A stretch of DNA of 64,000 nucleotides from Planctomycetaceae bacterium (GTDB lineage Bacteria > Planctomycetota > Planctomycetia > Pirellulales > UBA1268), in assembly GCA_947459185.1 (NCBI GenBank), contig CANHCU010000005.1:7161-71160 (forward strand), written 5' to 3'. Of the stretch, positions 59,524-64,000 are shown piece after piece. How positions within the stretch are numbered: the first letter of the stretch is position 1; each line of letters begins with the position of its first letter. The notes under the pieces were generated by a model. The model did no database searches and was not told the DNA's origin. It saw only the letters and a program-made list of their open reading frames with translations. The position numbers were made by a program, and so were the translations under genes.

Positions 59524-62500
59524 GTGTCCGATTCCAAGGTTTCAGGGCCGGCCGGGCGATTGCTCGGCCTTGCCAACACGCTCGATACGCACAACGGGTT
59601 CGCCGACGTGGTCGCCAGTCTCCGGGCGGGACATGGTGGCACGATCGGCGGAACCTGGGGATCGGCGTCTGCGCTGACGGCCGCCGCCCTCACCGAGGCG
59701 TTGGCCGTCGGCACCGATGCCGCGGGCCTGCTCGTCGTCGTGCTGCCCCATGCCGCCGACGCCGATTTCTTTCTTGATGATCTCGCCCTCTTCACCCAAG
59801 TGCCCGTCGCCGTGCTGCCAGCACTGGAAGGTTTCGGCGATTTGACGCCGGCTGGCGATCCCACCGCGGCGGAGCGACTGGCACTGGTCAAACGACTGAT
59901 CGGTCCACCAACCGAACAGCCGCGGATCATCGTGACGACCATCCAGGCGCTGCTCTCTCCGTTGGCCGACCCGCGCGAGATCGAGGCCAGCACCCGCCGG
60001 CTCAGCGTGGGGGGCGGGCTCGATCCAGCGGAACTGGCCGACTGGCTGATCGCGCGGGGCTGGGAAGCAGCCGACGCCATCGAGTCTCCCGGAACCTTCG
60101 CCCGTCGCGGAGGCATCCTCGATCTCTTTGCGACCGACTGGGATCGTCCTGTCCGGGTTGAACTGTTTGGCGATGAGATCGAGTCGCTGCGTACCTTCGA
60201 CACGGTCAGCCAGCGGAGCGTTGACGCGCTCGACGCCATCGACCTCACGGCCCTCGTTCGGGATGAACTGGTGCAGGATGCTTTGGGCACGGGCGGCCTG
60301 CCGGTGCGGCGGACGCATCTGGCCGACATCGTGCCCGCCGGCTCATGGTGGGCGCTCGTCGAGCCGGGCGAGATCGCCGAGGAGGCAGCCCGGGCTCACC
60401 AACGGCTGGCCGACGCCAGCGATGATGCGGGAACATCCGCCGGGCTTTCCGATCCGCAGGAGGTGTTTTCCAGAATCTATCGATTTCCATCGGTGACGCT
60501 CTCCGCCGTGGCGCCGTCGAGCCTCGAGTCCACGGCGCTCTTGGCCATCGAGAGTGTGGAGCGATTCACCGGCGTGCTCGACCGCGTCCGCGAGGAACTG
60601 GAAACGGTCGGCAAGGATCAGGAAGTCTGGGTGGTGGCACCGTCCGACGCCGAGGAGACGCGGCTCAGGGAACTGCTGGCCGAGTGTGCGCCGGCACGAT
60701 CGGGCCGGCTGCACTTCGCGCGGGGCCACCTCTCGGGAGGCTTCCGTCTCGTGCCCGAAAAGGCCGTGCTGATTTCGGCCGCGGAGCTCTTCCGTCGCGA
60801 GGACGTGGCAGCGTCACGGCCCGCGAAGCAGCGGCTGTCGCGGGCGATCGATACCTTCCTCGATCTTCACGAGGGGGACTATGTCGTGCACGTCGCCCAC
60901 GGCATCGGCCGCTACAAGGGACTCAAGCTGCTGGAAAAACACGGACGCACGGAGGAGTTCCTCGAGGTCGAGTTCGCGGAGAGCACGCGGGTCTTCGTGC
61001 CGGCGTCCTGCATCGAACTGGTGCAGAAGTACGTGGGCGGCACCAAGCTCGCCCCCAAGCTCGCGAAAGTGGGGGGCGGCCTCTGGGAGCGGCAGAAGGC
61101 GGCGGTCGAGCGGGCCGTCGCCGACATGGCCGCCGACATGATCCAGCTGCAAGCCCGGCGGGAAAGCCGCCCCGGCTCGGCCTTCCCGCCCGACACGCCC
61201 TGGCAGCACAGCTTCGAGGATTCGTTTCCCTTCGATGAGACGCCGGACCAGCTCACGGCCATCGAGGCAATCCGCGCTGATCTGGAGCGGCCGCGGCCCA
61301 TGGATCGGCTGCTCTGTGGCGACGTCGGCTTCGGCAAGACGGAAATGGCGATGCGGGCGGCCTTCAAGGTCGCCGAGGCGGGGGCGCAGGTGGCCGTGCT
61401 CGTACCGACGACGGTACTGGCCGAACAGCATCGCCGCACGTTCACGGCGCGGTTTTCGGAGTTTCCCTTCACGATCCGGGCACTCTCCAGGCTCACCGGC
61501 ACCAAGGAGGAACGCGATACGCTCGAGGGGCTGGCGCGAGGCAGCGTCGACATCGTCATCGGCACGCACCGGCTCGCCCAGGCCGACATCCACTTCGCCA
61601 ACCTGGGCCTCGTGGTCGTGGACGAGGAGCAGCGGTTCGGCGTGGACGTCAAGGAGAGGCTCAAGGCGTTGCGGGCCAGCGTGGACGTGCTCACCATGAC
61701 CGCCACGCCGATCCCTCGCACGCTCCACATGGCCATGCTCGGCATCCGCGACATCTCCAACCTCACCACGCCCCCCTCCAATCGCATTGCGGTCGAGACC
61801 CGCGTGGCCCGCTGGGATGAGAGGCTGATCCGAGGTGCCATCGATCGGGAACTCGCCCGCGGTGGGCAGGTCTTCTTCGTGCACAACCGCATCCACGACA
61901 TCCACAAGGTGCAGCACCGGCTCTCCCAGATCGTGCCCGAGGCGACGATCGTCATTGCCCACGGCCGGCTCTCCGAGTCGGAACTGGAGGAAGTGATGCT
62001 CGCCTTCGTCGCCGGCAGGGCCGACATCCTGCTGGCCACCACGATCATCGAGAGCGGTCTCGACATCCCGCGGGCCAACACCATCTTCATTGACGAGGCC
62101 GACACCTACGGCCTGGCCGATCTCCATCAGTTGCGTGGCCGCGTCGGCCGGTCGCACCACCGCGCCTACTGCCATCTGCTCGTGGACGAAGCTGCCACGC
62201 TGACGAGCACGGCCGCCAAGCGGCTCCGCGCCATTCAGGAGTTCTCCAGCATGGGCGCCGGCTTCTCACTGGCGATGCGCGACCTCGAGATCCGCGGCGC
62301 CGGTAACCTGCTCGGCACCCAGCAGAGCGGCCACATCGCCACGGTCGGTTACGAGCTCTACTGCCGGCTGCTCGAACAGGCGGTGCGCGGGCTCAAGGCG
62401 ATGCCGCCGGCCGAGCCCCCTCCGGTGACCATCGATCTACCCGGCGCCGCCTGGCTGCCTCGCGATTTCATTCCTGACTTTCGCGCCAAGATCGACGTCT

Positions 62501-62901
62501 ATCGCCGGCTGTCGCGGGTGACGGGCGAAGGCCAGGTCGATGATCTGGCGGCAGAACTGGTGGACCGATTCGGCCCCTTGCCGACAGAGGTGACCCGGAT
62601 GCTGGAGTTTGCCCGGCTGCGAGTCGCCGCCGCGGCCCATGGGATCGATTCCATCACCCGTCAGCCGGGCATGCTGATGATCGGTCATCACGACCTGCAG
62701 GCCATGCAGCGGCTGCGAGCGTCCTGGCAGGCTGGGGGGAAGACGCTGCGCGTAGTCGGTGAAAAAACCGCCGTGGTACCGTTAGACCAGCGGGTTTGTG
62801 ACGATCCAGACAGGCTTGTGGCGGCGGTCAGGACGCTCTTGCGACCCGCTCGTGGGCGTCCCTATAGTCCCTCGCCCGCGTCGAAAGCCGCGCGGTCGTA
62901 A
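59524..62901 (+). CDS. mfd: Transcription-repair coupling factor
   Basis: RRGGILD, GDYVVH..HGIGRY, GDVGFGKTE, DEEQRFG, TATPIPR, QLRGRVGR, DLEIRGAG. Start GTG 59524 or ATG 59515. Confidence 0.96.
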   Translation: MSDSKVSGPAGRLLGLANTLDTHNGFADVVASLRAGHGGTIGGTWGSASALTAAALTEALAVGTDAAGLLVVVLPHAADADFFLDDLALFTQVPVAVLPALEGFGDLTPAGDPTAAERLALVKRLIGPPTEQPRIIVTTIQALLSPLADPREIEASTRRLSVGGGLDPAELADWLIARGWEAADAIESPGTFARRGGILDLFATDWDRPVRVELFGDEIESLRTFDTVSQRSVDALDAIDLTALVRDELVQDALGTGGLPVRRTHLADIVPAGSWWALVEPGEIAEEAARAHQRLADASDDAGTSAGLSDPQEVFSRIYRFPSVTLSAVAPSSLESTALLAIESVERFTGVLDRVREELETVGKDQEVWVVAPSDAEETRLRELLAECAPARSGRLHFARGHLSGGFRLVPEKAVLISAAELFRREDVAASRPAKQRLSRAIDTFLDLHEGDYVVHVAHGIGRYKGLKLLEKHGRTEEFLEVEFAESTRVFVPASCIELVQKYVGGTKLAPKLAKVGGGLWERQKAAVERAVADMAADMIQLQARRESRPGSAFPPDTPWQHSFEDSFPFDETPDQLTAIEAIRADLERPRPMDRLLCGDVGFGKTEMAMRAAFKVAEAGAQVAVLVPTTVLAEQHRRTFTARFSEFPFTIRALSRLTGTKEERDTLEGLARGSVDIVIGTHRLAQADIHFANLGLVVVDEEQRFGVDVKERLKALRASVDVLTMTATPIPRTLHMAMLGIRDISNLTTPPSNRIAVETRVARWDERLIRGAIDRELARGGQVFFVHNRIHDIHKVQHRLSQIVPEATIVIAHGRLSESELEEVMLAFVAGRADILLATTIIESGLDIPRANTIFIDEADTYGLADLHQLRGRVGRSHHRAYCHLLVDEAATLTSTAAKRLRAIQEFSSMGAGFSLAMRDLEIRGAGNLLGTQQSGHIATVGYELYCRLLEQAVRGLKAMPPAEPPPVTIDLPGAAWLPRDFIPDFRAKIDVYRRLSRVTGEGQVDDLAAELVDRFGPLPTEVTRMLEFARLRVAAAAHGIDSITRQPGMLMIGHHDLQAMQRLRASWQAGGKTLRVVGEKTAVVPLDQRVCDDPDRLVAAVRTLLRPARGRPYSPSPASKAARS

Positions 62902-62926
62902 CCGCGGTGTGCCGAGTTGTTTCAGG

Positions 62927-64000
62927 ATGTCCCAGACCGAGACCGTGATGCTCCATCCCGGCCGCCACTTCCAGACGCGCAGCAGCCTCGCCTCCAGATG
63001 CTGCGCCCTCGCCCTGCTCGCCTCCGGCGTCGCGTCAGCCCAAAACCCATCGCAGCCGGCCGACGACCCGGCCGCAACCGCGGCTGAGTTGCCAGCCACC
63101 TCGGCGGCCGCCGCACGCGGCATGGTCGGGTCCGGACAGAGGCCGCATGTTCCCAAGGCCCTGTCGCGGCCCGAGGGCTGGCCCGGTGGCAAGACCGATG
63201 GCAAGACCGATGGCAAGGGCGACTCGGACAACCATGTGCTGTCGAGCATCCTTCCCAACCCCGGTGGCCCGCTCGAACCGATCGCCACTCCGATCAACGC
63301 CGCCGACGCGAAGATGGCGGGAAAGTCGGGCGTTATCCAGGCAGGCTTCGAGGAAACTTTGCCGTCCGGTGCGGCAGCCGCAGGGCAGCCTGCGGGCGCG
63401 CAGTCGCTGGATAATGCGCGTGTGGTCGCCCGGGTCGGCCCGGAGGTGGTGTTGGAAGGCGATCTGCTCACCCCCACGGCGTTGGCCTGGCTCGACAAGG
63501 TCTCGGGAGGACTCACACCGGAACAGGTCCGTGAACTCAAGACGCAGATCTGCCGCCAGGTGATCAAGCAACATGTTGAATCAATGGTCATCTACGTGGA
63601 TGCCTGCCGGACGATTCCCGAGGACCGGATACCGGAAATCGAGAAGAAGGTAAACGAGGCGTTCGATCAGCAGCAGCTGCCGCGTCTGGTCAAGGATGCG
63701 GGAGTTGCCAATGCGCTTGAATACGACCAGCTCCTGCGGTCTCGTGGGCAGTCGCTCGACCGAATCCGCAAGACCTTCTTCGAGCGGGCCCTTGCGCAGC
63801 AATGGATCCAGCAGAAGGTGGTCAATGATGGGGAGATCCCACACGCCGAGATGATCGCCTGGTATCAGAATCACCTGGCCGAATACGACTATCCCGCCAA
63901 GGCCCGCTTCGAACAGCTCACGGTGAAGATCACCGCCGGCCGGCCCCGTGGGCAGGCCTGGAATATGCTGGCGGCCATGGGCAACGACGTGATGCAAGGC
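62927..64000 (+). CDS. SurA/PrsA-like peptidyl-prolyl isomerase or chaperone (3'-partial; missing from the ORF track)
   Basis: Open frame from ATG 62927 to the window end: signal peptide (ALALLASGVASA), VVARVGPEVVL..D, YQNH..EY..PAKARFEQL. It follows mfd, a common synteny. Confidence 0.75.
   Translation, partial: MSQTETVMLHPGRHFQTRSSLASRCCALALLASGVASAQNPSQPADDPAATAAELPATSAAAARGMVGSGQRPHVPKALSRPEGWPGGKTDGKTDGKGDSDNHVLSSILPNPGGPLEPIATPINAADAKMAGKSGVIQAGFEETLPSGAAAAGQPAGAQSLDNARVVARVGPEVVLEGDLLTPTALAWLDKVSGGLTPEQVRELKTQICRQVIKQHVESMVIYVDACRTIPEDRIPEIEKKVNEAFDQQQLPRLVKDAGVANALEYDQLLRSRGQSLDRIRKTFFERALAQQWIQQKVVNDGEIPHAEMIAWYQNHLAEYDYPAKARFEQLTVKITAGRPRGQAWNMLAAMGNDVMQG
63187..63217 (+). repeat. 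In-frame 12-bp tandem repeat (GKTD x2 + GK)
   Basis: TGGCAAGACCGA twice, then TGGCAAG. Confidence 0.85.

Overview
This is a GC-rich, densely coding chromosomal segment. Gene content points to a planctomycete, probably Pirellulales-like (inference): a PilM-PilN fusion cluster, mitochondrial-type EF-G1, a Ser/Thr kinase, a DUF1080 protein and a Cys-rich secreted protein. It holds about 44 CDSs. Housekeeping genes include carA, trxB, cstA, gluQ, fusA, DAHP synthase, pyrG, folD, rhaB, cysH, plsC, cmk, ilvB and mfd. Accessory modules are an ECF sigma/VWA pair facing a DUF5671-like gene, two back-to-back VapBC-type TA pairs, a glycan-modification group, a complete Anbu/ATP-grasp/alpha-E/transglutaminase set with Anbu divergent, and a four-gene pilM cluster. 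I saw no tRNA, rRNA, CRISPR array or transposase. The least explained signal is non-coding, with at least three families of structured intergenic elements: (1) about 13 REP-like hairpins in six clusters; (2) a ~130-nt nested-hairpin element with CsrA-type CAGGATG loops, in two covarying copies plus a collapsed copy; (3) a ~120-nt element with covarying terminal stems upstream of pilM and mfd. There is also a perfect 40-bp palindrome and repeated signs of leaderless promoters. All calls come from reading sequence motifs; no database search was run.
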